Of a stretch of 38,726 nt of DNA, positions 1 to 8,349 are shown one piece after another. Within the stretch, counting starts at the first letter, position 1; each line of letters opens with the position of its first letter. The notes under the pieces were generated by a model. The model had not been told where the DNA came from and ran no database searches. It saw nothing but the letters and a program-made list of their open reading frames with translations. Position numbers and translations under genes: made by a program. Source of the DNA: a virus (lineage: Duplodnaviria; Caudoviricetes); IMG/VR virus record IMGVR_UViG_3300020042_007044, positions 1 to 38,726 of that record; one strand, written 5' to 3'.

Positions 1-611
1 GAGGCTGCGGAACTCGCTGAGGCGTCTGCGGCAGCGACTTCATCTGTTAAATCTGAACCTGATACTGGATAAGTGCCAGCGTTCAATAATGTGTATGTCG
101 CAAATGCGGCATTGACCTCAGTATAGGTGGCATAAGCAGCAGGTATGTACCAGTACTCGCCAGAAAGAGGAACTTCATTTGTTGCTTGAGTTATTTTGGT
201 ATCTAACAAAGCAAGAGCAGTTTCAAAGGTAGCAAAAGGAACTTCAGTAACTAAACCTACATAAGTAGTATCTATGGTTGGAACTGGCGATATATCTGCG
301 AGGTTTAGAGTTCCAACAGTAGCAGCAGGAAGGGTGATGGTATATGTACGACCATCAGGGAAGGCTTCTTCTACTGTGTATTCAAATTCAGGAATAACAT
401 CTGCGTCATTAGTTGAAGGCAGAGTTGTAGTAAATGCTCCATTAGCGTCTAAAGTAACGGCTACTGTTGAAGGCACGACCATTTGGTCAGATATAGAGTT
501 ACGCAACATATCTGAAAGAGTGAACTGGACTTGTCCTGCAATAGCGTCACCTAAGTAGTTCTTGAAAGTTCCTGCTAGGGCAACGGTAGTTACTGTGGCG
601 GCAATAGCCAT
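1..611 (-). CDS. Virion structural protein (fibre/attachment-like), 3'-truncated by the window edge; paralog of 809..1348
   Basis: Not in the ORF track. Manual translation from ATG 611 (TAATG overlap with the upstream stop) gives MAIAATVTTVALAGTFKNYLGDAIAGQVQFTL...TLDANGAFTTTLP...YTVEEAFPDGRTYTITLP, which aligns with 809..1348. Confidence 0.8.
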   Translation of the reverse strand, partial: MAIAATVTTVALAGTFKNYLGDAIAGQVQFTLSDMLRNSISDQMVVPSTVAVTLDANGAFTTTLPSTNDADVIPEFEYTVEEAFPDGRTYTITLPAATVGTLNLADISPVPTIDTTYVGLVTEVPFATFETALALLDTKITQATNEVPLSGEYWYIPAAYATYTEVNAAFATYTLLNAGTYPVSGSDLTDEVAAADASASSAA

Positions 612-808
612 TATGCACCGCCTAACATTAAACTAAAACTGAATTGTTTTTCACTAGAATTAGCAGTAGCAGCCGAAGCCGTAGCAGCAGTTGCGTCTGC
701 CAAGATTAAATCACTATCATCATCAATAGTCGCAATTGCTACTTCTAAGGCAGTCAAAAGAGTATTGGCAGTAGTCAAACGAGCAATAGGTACATACGGC
801 TCAGCCAT
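611..808 (-). CDS. Small putative virion protein resembling the C-terminus of 809..1348
   Basis: Shares RLTTANT, an Ala-rich helix and a hydrophobic LM(L)G end with 809..1348; tightly packed between neighbours. Confidence 0.65.
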   Translation of the reverse strand: MAEPYVPIARLTTANTLLTALEVAIATIDDDSDLILADATAATASAATANSSEKQFSFSLMLGGA

Positions 809-1348
809 TTAGACTCCCATCAAAAGGAACTGATTTATACCAGTTCTTAAGGCATTAGAAGCAGCAGTAGCCGCAGATGTAGCACCAGCAGCAGCAACTT
901 CAATATTATCTTGAATAGCAGTTACTTGAGTATAAGCGGTGTTGGCCGTTGTTAAACGAGTATTTATAGCATTATATTGAGCACTTGTTACGAAACCAGC
1001 AGCAACAGCAGCACTTACAGCAGGTGATAAATCAGCAATATCTACGGAAGCACCGCCACCAGGCAGTGTGATTGTAAATGTTCTACCGCCTGAAAACACT
1101 TCTTCTACAGCATAAGCAAAAGGTTGAGGCACAACATCTGAGTCGTCTGTAACTGGCAACACAACACTAAATGAACCATTAGCGTCAAGGGTCTCGCTAA
1201 TTACATTGTTTACAATAATCTGATTTTGGTCTGTGTCTTTAATTATGGTTTGAGGTGTAAAAGTTACAGAGCCAGAAACAGGATTTCCAACAATATCTAC
1301 ATAAGTCCCTGTAAGGGTGACTGTTTCTAAATCAACGGTTAGAGCCAT
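809..1348 (-). CDS. Virion structural protein (beta-rich N-domain plus Ala-rich helix; fibre/attachment-like)
   Basis: TLTGTYVD..GNPVSGSVTFTP pattern resembles actinophage minor structural proteins; lies downstream of the capsid genes. Confidence 0.65.
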   Translation of the reverse strand: MALTVDLETVTLTGTYVDIVGNPVSGSVTFTPQTIIKDTDQNQIIVNNVISETLDANGSFSVVLPVTDDSDVVPQPFAYAVEEVFSGGRTFTITLPGGGASVDIADLSPAVSAAVAAGFVTSAQYNAINTRLTTANTAYTQVTAIQDNIEVAAAGATSAATAASNALRTGINQFLLMGV

Positions 1349-1363
1349 GACTTAAGCCCCTAA

Positions 1364-1639
1364 CTATACGCCTTGTCGGAGAACTGCTACAGACTGAGTA
1401 GATGAAGCAACAATACCAAAGAGGGTTTCGCCTTGATTTAATTCAATAGTAAATGTTGTTCCTGCAAGTAATACAAATCCATACGAAGCGGTAGTTACTC
1501 CTGCTCCGCCAATATAAACAGTAGCACCACCTGTTGGATTTTGAACTGAAATAGTTGAGCCGTCTTTACCACCATCAAGAGAAGCGTTTAATGCGGTAGC
1601 AGCAGTCGTTACGCTAACAATGCCATGAGATATAGCCAC
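1364..1639 (-). CDS. Small beta-rich putative virion protein
   Basis: 91-aa ORF (SVQN...VYIGGAGVT...YG) in the head gene cluster. Confidence 0.6.
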   Translation of the reverse strand: MAISHGIVSVTTAATALNASLDGGKDGSTISVQNPTGGATVYIGGAGVTTASYGFVLLAGTTFTIELNQGETLFGIVASSTQSVAVLRQGV

Positions 1640-1646
1640 AGGTCAC

Positions 1647-1859
1647 CTATTCTTTTACGCTTGATTTTTTCTTTACGGGCTTTTCTTCTACAACTTCAAT
1701 TTCTACTTCTTTTACAGGCTTTGCATCTTCAGTTACGAGAGTTAGGTAGCGCATGCTAACTAGAGAGTTAACATTACGCCACCCACTTACGTCAAGAATC
1801 TCGCCAGCAAAATGGATTACACCATTTACTGTCATCTTCTTAAGAAGTTTTGCTTTCAT
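1647..1859 (-). CDS. Hypothetical protein, head region
   Basis: 70-aa ORF with Lys/Glu-rich tail; position after the capsid genes. Confidence 0.6.
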   Translation of the reverse strand: MKAKLLKKMTVNGVIHFAGEILDVSGWRNVNSLVSMRYLTLVTEDAKPVKEVEIEVVEEKPVKKKSSVKE

Positions 1860-1861
1860 TA

Positions 1862-2206
1862 CTACGCAGTCATGTCAATCCATACATACGAAAATGTACG
1901 CGCTGTGTCGTTAATTCCTGACGCAGTTGGATTGTAAAGATAAATTGACACTGTGTCTGCGGCTGAAATAGCAGCACCACAGAAAATCAAATCATCATTT
2001 AGGTCTGAAGGTGGATTTACAATAATAATATCGGTGGTCTTAGCACCAGTTAAAGTGAATGTTACTGAACCACGAGTGGTAGCGGCAATTGACGCTGGGT
2101 CTACAGAAGCAGTACCAAAATCTAATCCATAAGTTACGTCACCTGTTGAACCAACAATTCCTCCAACAGCAACTTCGCCACGGGAGATACGGTTTACTTG
2201 AGGCAT
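1862..2206 (-). CDS. Putative capsid decoration/minor capsid protein
   Basis: ATG 2206 with GAAAGGA RBS; beta-rich; immediately after the major capsid gene. Confidence 0.55.
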   Translation of the reverse strand: MPQVNRISRGEVAVGGIVGSTGDVTYGLDFGTASVDPASIAATTRGSVTFTLTGAKTTDIIIVNPPSDLNDDLIFCGAAISAADTVSIYLYNPTASGINDTARTFSYVWIDMTA

Positions 2207-2226
2207 TTTTTTTCCTTTCAAATAGA

Positions 2227-2259
2227 GGTGCAGGGGGGAGAGTGGTCTCCCCCCTCACC
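2227..2259 (-). terminator. Stem-loop after major capsid gene (terminator or mRNA-stabilising hairpin)
   Basis: Perfect 10-bp stem 2232-2241/2246-2255 with 4-nt loop, extendable by GGTG/CACC; weak U-tract. Confidence 0.65.
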
Positions 2260-2268
2260 AGTCAGTCA

Positions 2269-3246
2269 TTAAGCGACGATTGTATCCCAGAAGTAACCGA
2301 GGTCAGCAGCGATTACTTTGTTATCAAAAGCCATTTCAGCCTCAATACGCTCTGCGCGAAGTGAATCCATACGGAATGAACTTACGCCGATTGTTGAGCC
2401 AATACCACCTGATACACCAGTCCATGAGAACTGATAACCAGCAGATGGAGTCATTAGACCAGGAGCAGTAGCAACGTGGCAAAGAAGTGCTTTCTTACCG
2501 TAAGCAAATGCGAACGCATCAGCAGCACCTTCGTTGTTTGTTGCCTTGACTGCCTTAGCAACAAGGACACGGTCAATGTCAAACATACGAGCAAGCATGT
2601 CGCTTGTGATTGTCTGACTTGATGTGTACTTGATACGGTCTACTAAATCAGGGTGATTCTTTAACTGACGGAAAGTCTCGTACCCTAAAACAAGGGTGTT
2701 GGCTTCCATACCAGTAGTTCCAAGAATCTCGCTCTTTCCTGCTTCAATGTCATTGATTGGGTCAGATGAAGTGTAATCAGACCACTGCTTTGTTTGACCA
2801 GAAGTAGGTGTGCCAGCAACGCCAGTGACGTCCTCAGCCCAAACACCTGTTCCAAAAAAGTCAGTTACGAATTGAAGTTCCTTGCGAAGCATTAAACGAC
2901 GAGTTACGAACTCTGTTGCTTCACGAAGTGGGTTAAGAGGTGCGTCAGCGTTTGCCAATAGTTGGTCGCCAACATCTTTGTGGAAAGCATAAACCTCAGC
3001 AGAGTATGAGTCTGTTGAAAGATTGTATCCACCACCAGCAGATTCGGTTGAATCAGCGCGACGTTGTGCTTCATCTCTGAACCAGTCGCTCTTACTGTAG
3101 GTGAAGAACTTATCGGACTTCTTGTCTACAGGGACAATTGGGAAAACTTTATCAGCGATAAAGTTGTCTTGATTTTGTAGGTACGCAACAGAAATGTTTG
3201 TCAAGATTGCGTCTATATGTACGGAGTTAAAGTTTGGTTGTGCCAT
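2269..3246 (-). CDS. Major capsid protein (lambda gpE-like, HK97 fold)
   Basis: 325 aa; 'D..LTNISVAY.Q..FIADKVFP.VPV' N-terminus typical of this MCP group; follows scaffold and cement genes. Confidence 0.88.
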   Translation of the reverse strand: MAQPNFNSVHIDAILTNISVAYLQNQDNFIADKVFPIVPVDKKSDKFFTYSKSDWFRDEAQRRADSTESAGGGYNLSTDSYSAEVYAFHKDVGDQLLANADAPLNPLREATEFVTRRLMLRKELQFVTDFFGTGVWAEDVTGVAGTPTSGQTKQWSDYTSSDPINDIEAGKSEILGTTGMEANTLVLGYETFRQLKNHPDLVDRIKYTSSQTITSDMLARMFDIDRVLVAKAVKATNNEGAADAFAFAYGKKALLCHVATAPGLMTPSAGYQFSWTGVSGGIGSTIGVSSFRMDSLRAERIEAEMAFDNKVIAADLGYFWDTIVA

Positions 3247-3261
3247 TTTGTTTTGCGCTCC

Positions 3262-3657
3262 TTATGCGGCTCTGCCAGGATTTGCACAGTTAATGACGGC
3301 TGTTACGACATCACCACTTGCTCCTGACTCTGTTAGAAGTGTTCCAACAACATACTTTGTTGTATCTGTTCCAGCGACTAAAGCAACTGCTTTGCCTGTA
3401 GATGAAGTTCCTACAAGTGCGCCTTCTGAGATTGCAGCACCAGTTACAAGTTTTGTACCGCCAACAACAAGCACTTCTGCTTCTTGTCCTGAAGTCGGAG
3501 CGTTCTGTAGTACGCCAATTGGAATATCAGTGGCAGCAGCAGCAGCAGCAGCCTGTCCTGAAGAATTCAATTTGACGAATGTGTATTGCAAAGCGGAAAG
3601 GTCAGCCGCAGCAACGAGGGTAACCTTTACACTGTAATTACTAATTTCGTATGCCAT
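3262..3657 (-). CDS. Capsid cement/decoration protein (DUF2190-like)
   Basis: 131 aa, Ala/Gly-rich, 'IGVLQN.P..G..A.V...G'; directly upstream of MCP. Confidence 0.75.
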   Translation of the reverse strand: MAYEISNYSVKVTLVAAADLSALQYTFVKLNSSGQAAAAAAATDIPIGVLQNAPTSGQEAEVLVVGGTKLVTGAAISEGALVGTSSTGKAVALVAGTDTTKYVVGTLLTESGASGDVVTAVINCANPGRAA

Positions 3658-4542
3658 TTACTTAGCACCCTTCTCGCTTAGGTATTGATTGTACAGGTCA
3701 GGGTTGCTACTTACAGCACCAGCAAACGCTTGTTCAAATGTAATACCTTTGTTTGTGTCTACAGCCGATTTAGCCATAGATGTTAATTGTGTATAAGCAT
3801 CACCACTTGTAGGTGAAGCAGACTTTCCAATCTCAGCAAAGATGTTTGCGGATTCTGCCTGAGCGTTCACAGAAGTCAATACATCTTCAAGAGCCTTTGC
3901 TAAATCAGCATTTACTTCAGCAAGTGAAGCCAACGCTGGACCAACTTGTTCAGCGTCAATTGCTAAGTGTTTCCACTCTTTTGCCTTTGATACAGCAAGT
4001 TCATTTGCGCGAGCATCACGCTCTGCTTTTAATACTGATTCTGCCGCTTCAGCGCGAGCCTTTGCGTCAGTAGCAGACTTTTCAAGGTCTTCAAGCATTT
4101 TACGAAGTGGCTCTGGTGCTTCTTTTACAAGAGCAGCAGTTTCTTCTTCAACAGATTTTTTGGCTGGCTTTTTTTCTTCTTCCATGTCGTGCGCCATTTT
4201 ATCCATTTGCTTTTGCTTCTTTTCAATTTCTTCTTCAAGCATTTTAATCTTTTTCATTAAGTCATTGTATGAAGGCTTTTTGTCATCTTCTTTTTCTTCG
4301 TGCATAGCCTTATCTACAACCACTTCTACGATTTCATCTTGGGGCATAGCGGTCTCCTTCGTCCCCTCATCAACCAGGATTGTTCCTGATTGTTCATTCT
4401 CATTTACAAGGTCACTCAGAAGGTCGTCTACACCAGAGTTCTCTGATTTGATGACTAACCAACCTTCGTGCAGGTGTGCTGGGTGGTCAACGCCACTGGT
4501 TTCCTCAATGTTGAGTCCAACCATCTTACGGGCTTTAGCCAT
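3658..4542 (-). CDS. Capsid scaffolding protein with N-terminal XkdF-like protease strand segment
   Basis: Coiled-coil, Glu/Lys-rich; N-terminus 'RKMVGLNIEETSGVDHPAH...WLVIKS' resembles the E-x-S-x-V-D-x-P-A segment of prohead proteases; RBS AGGAGAG. Confidence 0.75.
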   Translation of the reverse strand: MAKARKMVGLNIEETSGVDHPAHLHEGWLVIKSENSGVDDLLSDLVNENEQSGTILVDEGTKETAMPQDEIVEVVVDKAMHEEKEDDKKPSYNDLMKKIKMLEEEIEKKQKQMDKMAHDMEEEKKPAKKSVEEETAALVKEAPEPLRKMLEDLEKSATDAKARAEAAESVLKAERDARANELAVSKAKEWKHLAIDAEQVGPALASLAEVNADLAKALEDVLTSVNAQAESANIFAEIGKSASPTSGDAYTQLTSMAKSAVDTNKGITFEQAFAGAVSSNPDLYNQYLSEKGAK

Positions 4543-4805
4543 TCAACTCTCCTAAACGATAAGTGCTTGTGCAGTAAACAACACTACAACAAAGCAACAG
4601 TAAGCGTTGTGTAGAGAATAACATGCCTTACGTGTAAAACAGATACTTTGACACTCAATCACGTTTTGGACTCTTGGAGTTTTCTGACTCTTTGTCGTCA
4701 ATAATCTTTTTTTTAATGATGCAGCCGAAGCATTGTTCTGCGTCGCCACCAAACTTTGGTTTGTACCAGAGCCCACAATTGGGACAAGCACGGGCTTTAG
4801 CCATT
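4528..4805. repeat. 16-bp direct repeat ACGGGCTTTAGCCATT at 4528-4543 and 4790-4805
   Basis: Identical copies cover the start codons (MAKAR) of the scaffold gene and of the Zn-ribbon ORF. Confidence 0.85.
4655..4804 (-). CDS. Small Zn-ribbon protein (49 aa)
   Basis: Manual translation: MAKARACPNCGLWYKPKFGGDAEQCFGCIIKKK...; two CxxC pairs; starts 3 nt after the upstream stop. Confidence 0.55.
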   Translation of the reverse strand: MAKARACPNCGLWYKPKFGGDAEQCFGCIIKKKIIDDKESENSKSPKRD

Positions 4806-4807
4806 GG

Positions 4808-5452
4808 TCAAGAGATTATCCTCAATGTTGAGGCTTTGTGTCCTACGAGGGTTTCTGTCTCTTCACCATTACGGTAAATGCGGATAAGAACAGCAGGTTC
4901 ATCTGCACTTGCTTTGATAGAGAAACTGGTCTTAGGTACGTCCAATACGCCTGAGCGAACAATACGAACTACTTTACCTTTTGACGAAGCCCAAGACACC
5001 ATATCTCCTACTTTTACATCTGACTTTACAAATGCGGTCTTTGTGATTGGACCGCCAACAACCCAGGCATCACAAGTACGAGAAGCGGCACACTTGAAGT
5101 CAAACGCTTCACAATAGCCTAAATCACCAGCACTAACGCTATCCCAAGCATTTTCTTCTTTGGGGTCACCACCTGCTAAACCCTCTTTTATACACTCAAG
5201 CATTGGCTTGGTCTGTATGAAAAAAGCACAATTACCACATAAAGATTTCTTGGCTTCAGCAGTAGTTACACTCCAACGCTTGGCTTTCTTTTGCCAGAAG
5301 TCATCATTAGGTTCTTTTGGATTAAGTGGGCCGTAAGCCGCAGCCTCAATCGCTTGCTCTCTGTTAGCCAGATTTTCTTCTACGTTCTGGGTGGCTGTAG
5401 GGCAGTTAACAGCCTTTTGAACCGAATAGTGGTGTAAAGATATACCCGTCAT
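4808..5452 (-). CDS. Head-associated two-domain protein: Cys-rich (HiPIP-like spacing) domain plus Tudor/HVA1-like domain
   Basis: CGNC...GYC....KC...RTCDAW motif; C-terminal VKVGDMVSW...A..DEPAVLIRIY, similar to a domain in 5449..7395. Confidence 0.6.
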   Translation of the reverse strand: MTGISLHHYSVQKAVNCPTATQNVEENLANREQAIEAAAYGPLNPKEPNDDFWQKKAKRWSVTTAEAKKSLCGNCAFFIQTKPMLECIKEGLAGGDPKEENAWDSVSAGDLGYCEAFDFKCAASRTCDAWVVGGPITKTAFVKSDVKVGDMVSWASSKGKVVRIVRSGVLDVPKTSFSIKASADEPAVLIRIYRNGEETETLVGHKASTLRIIS

Positions 5453-7395
5453 TTTTTCTCTCCTTTAGAGTGTAGTGGGTGACTTTCTGGCAACAGGTCT
5501 GTATCAAAAGGTGACCTCTTGTACCGTCCAGTTTTAAGAGCATGGAGGAAACCATTTACTCTGCCAAACGCCCATTGTGCTTCAGACGTTACGCCAGGAC
5601 GAACAGAAGATGGATTTGTTTTATACGCTCCTACGCCACGACGATAAACCTGTAACAAAGCACCAACGGTAGTTCTCTTACTTGCAGCGTCACCAACTTC
5701 TTCATTATGTTCTTTGACTTTGTTACGCAACGTATCTTCAGTAGATTTTTCTACTTTTTTATCTGTCAACCGCAACTCACTAAAAGGTTTTACTACACGA
5801 CGGTTTGTTTCTTGCAATCCTGATTCTGTCTCGGCGTAAACACGTAACACTGCTACGGGGTCGTCTTCCGTTGCTTCCTCTTTTTCATTAGTACCGTCCA
5901 ACGTTACTATGCCACTATCTTCAATACGTTCAACAACAGCAGTAGCGTATGTTGCTGCGGCTGGCGGTTTCCTTACAGCGTAAAGAACGACATCACCAAC
6001 ACTTATATCTTTTTCTTTTTTAAGTTTTTTCTTAGGCTTAGGGTTCATTATTGTGTCAACGTGAACATCACTTACAGTTGGTTCACTGTTCTCTACTTCA
6101 AGTTCGCTTGTTGATATGAAGTCGTCATCATTATCTTTTTCTATGTCAGCCTCAATACGCTTGGCTTTGCCACCAATTGAATAACCACGGAGTTTACCTT
6201 GCTTAACTAACTTCCAAGCCCAGTCAGACCACTGAACACCCATGAACACTGTGTTTGCAGGGAACTCAACTTTACTGGCACTCCCATTAGCCTTTGTTAC
6301 TGGTATGGATAAAGAATACGGAAACGTCATTAGTTCTAGCCACTCACCAGCAACAATGTTTTTATTGTGTTGAAGGTGAATAGTTCTATCTCCAGACTTT
6401 ACATACTCCCACACAGCATTTTGTAATTCCTCTGGGTCTGTCCATTCATTGTGAGCGTCAAGTTTATTAGGTACGTACAACGGTGCTAGTGTAAAACGCT
6501 TTTCATCTTGCTTTAATACAGCATCATAAGATGTTACGTTAAATGAATCTTCATCAACAGATTTGTTTGCTACACCAGCAATAATTTTTTCTGCCCATGC
6601 TTTTCCAGCATCTCCACCCCATGCGTCCCACGCTACACGACCAGGTGACGGAAACTTTTTACTTTCAGCAAAGAAACCATCTGCCTTTCTATCGTTCTTA
6701 TGACGATTCAAGAAAGAAACCATGCGCTGTAATGTTCTTAAAGAGACAGGACGCTGAGCGGCTAATTGAGCAGCGCGAGCGCGACCTACGGCAGTAAAAC
6801 CATCTCCCTGTTTACCTTCACGAATCCAACCAAGAGCACGCTTGGCTTCTGCGGCTACAGCATTAGTCGGCGTCCAAGTTGTCTCCTCTGCTACTTTGTT
6901 GAGGTCTTCAACGCTTTGACGAATTAAAAGTTCTTCACCATTCACACCGAAACTAGAACTGATTTCTATTTCATCACCAGTTAGTTCCCACTTTTCAGCC
7001 CACACGTCTACTGTCTCTGACTTTGTTAATTCAAGTTCATCAAGGTCAATACCAGTTACAAAGGTGCTCCACGGCATGACTACAGACAAAGCACCCCAAC
7101 CAGAGTTGTCGTGACCATGATTTATTCCACGCTTTACCATCTCAGCAGTTATGAAGTGATGAGCAAGTACAACATCATCATTGATTGGTTCTGCATATCT
7201 GTTATGTAAATCATCATGTAACTTTTGTAAGTTATTAGACTTAGCAACTGCGTCAGGTACGTTGGTATACAGAGCACGCATGTGTCTTACAGATTCAGCC
7301 TTTGATGAATGACAGGCAACAACCTCACCTGTGTCTGGCTTGATTACAGCATAACCGTCACAGCCTTCAGCATTACTGCTTATTTCATACGGCAT
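5449..7395 (-). CDS. Multidomain prohead serine protease (XkdF-like) with accessory domains
   Basis: Central 'LY.P...DAHNEW...EL......HLQH...W..VK.GKLRGYSIGG' matches the XkdF-type protease pattern; lies between MuF and scaffold. Confidence 0.8.
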   Translation of the reverse strand: MPYEISSNAEGCDGYAVIKPDTGEVVACHSSKAESVRHMRALYTNVPDAVAKSNNLQKLHDDLHNRYAEPINDDVVLAHHFITAEMVKRGINHGHDNSGWGALSVVMPWSTFVTGIDLDELELTKSETVDVWAEKWELTGDEIEISSSFGVNGEELLIRQSVEDLNKVAEETTWTPTNAVAAEAKRALGWIREGKQGDGFTAVGRARAAQLAAQRPVSLRTLQRMVSFLNRHKNDRKADGFFAESKKFPSPGRVAWDAWGGDAGKAWAEKIIAGVANKSVDEDSFNVTSYDAVLKQDEKRFTLAPLYVPNKLDAHNEWTDPEELQNAVWEYVKSGDRTIHLQHNKNIVAGEWLELMTFPYSLSIPVTKANGSASKVEFPANTVFMGVQWSDWAWKLVKQGKLRGYSIGGKAKRIEADIEKDNDDDFISTSELEVENSEPTVSDVHVDTIMNPKPKKKLKKEKDISVGDVVLYAVRKPPAAATYATAVVERIEDSGIVTLDGTNEKEEATEDDPVAVLRVYAETESGLQETNRRVVKPFSELRLTDKKVEKSTEDTLRNKVKEHNEEVGDAASKRTTVGALLQVYRRGVGAYKTNPSSVRPGVTSEAQWAFGRVNGFLHALKTGRYKRSPFDTDLLPESHPLHSKGEKK

Positions 7396-7425
7396 ACGGT
7401 CTCCTGTCTAATCTCTTATTATGAC

Positions 7426-8349
7426 TTACGCAGCAGCAATACGGGCTGACGGCTTGCCAGGTAGTAGTTCAATGCTACAACGACAATGTGGGTGAATAGG
7501 TGGAGAGTCAAACTCAAACTCTGTATCCCAAGCAGTTGTCATGCGGTGTTTTGGCGCACACACTGGACAAGTACGTTCGTCTAATGCTGTTATCCAAATA
7601 CGTTGAGATTCAGGCGGCATCAAACCTTGTGTTTCAAGTTCAAACCAAGATAGAACTCTGCCTTGATTAGCAGCAGCGACCATCTCTGTTCTTGCGATAC
7701 GTGTTCCACGATAACGAATCATGCGGTCATACAGAGGTTTAATTCTTTCTCTTACTTCTTGCGTGGCTTCGGCAAATGTATCGCCTTCGTCCATTAAACG
7801 TTCTAAGTTCTCAGCATAAAAACGGTCTAATGATTTAGCCTGTCTCTGGTCTAAGCCAACAATTGATTCAATACGAGAAGCCATCTGTTCCATATCTAAC
7901 TTTGACTTCAAACCGTCAGAGATAATACGAGCAACAGCCTGACGTGATTCTTCACTAATACCAAGAATTGATTTACCTGCTCTTGTTTGCGCCCAAGCAA
8001 TTGCACGTGGGTCAGTCAAGTTAAATGTGTAATCTATTTTTAGTCGGCTTGGCAAACTTGCCAAACTCTGATTGGCTGAAATAACAACTTGAGAAGTCAT
8101 TACGTCTACAAATGGTTGCAGGTCTTGAGCAAATCTTCCCCACGGCACTATAGAGGCAGCAGACAAAGGATTACCAGCAGCGACCTGTTCCATAATCAAA
8201 GCAAAGGTTTCTCTGTTAATAGTTGAACCACGAACATTACGGAAAGCATCTAGGTAAGTTTGTATTACACGCCGTTCATTTGCGGTTAACCGATTACTTG
8301 GTAATAAAGGATTATTTGGCTGACGTCTGACTTTTCTTACAAACGGCAT
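7426..8349 (-). CDS. Head morphogenesis protein (MuF / SPP1 gp7-like)
   Basis: RIARTE, W.T..DERTCPVC and PPIHPHCRC motifs; follows portal. Confidence 0.9.
   Translation of the reverse strand: MPFVRKVRRQPNNPLLPSNRLTANERRVIQTYLDAFRNVRGSTINRETFALIMEQVAAGNPLSAASIVPWGRFAQDLQPFVDVMTSQVVISANQSLASLPSRLKIDYTFNLTDPRAIAWAQTRAGKSILGISEESRQAVARIISDGLKSKLDMEQMASRIESIVGLDQRQAKSLDRFYAENLERLMDEGDTFAEATQEVRERIKPLYDRMIRYRGTRIARTEMVAAANQGRVLSWFELETQGLMPPESQRIWITALDERTCPVCAPKHRMTTAWDTEFEFDSPPIHPHCRCSIELLPGKPSARIAAA

Noticed and set aside
3532-3552. (GCA)n microsatellite
   Set aside because: Encodes a poly-Ala stretch in the cement protein; in frame, no sign of phase variation
4552-4791. 79-aa minus-strand track ORF
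   Set aside because: The alternative frame 4655..4804 starts with ATG next to the upstream stop and has two CxxC pairs; the rest looks like a promoter/leader
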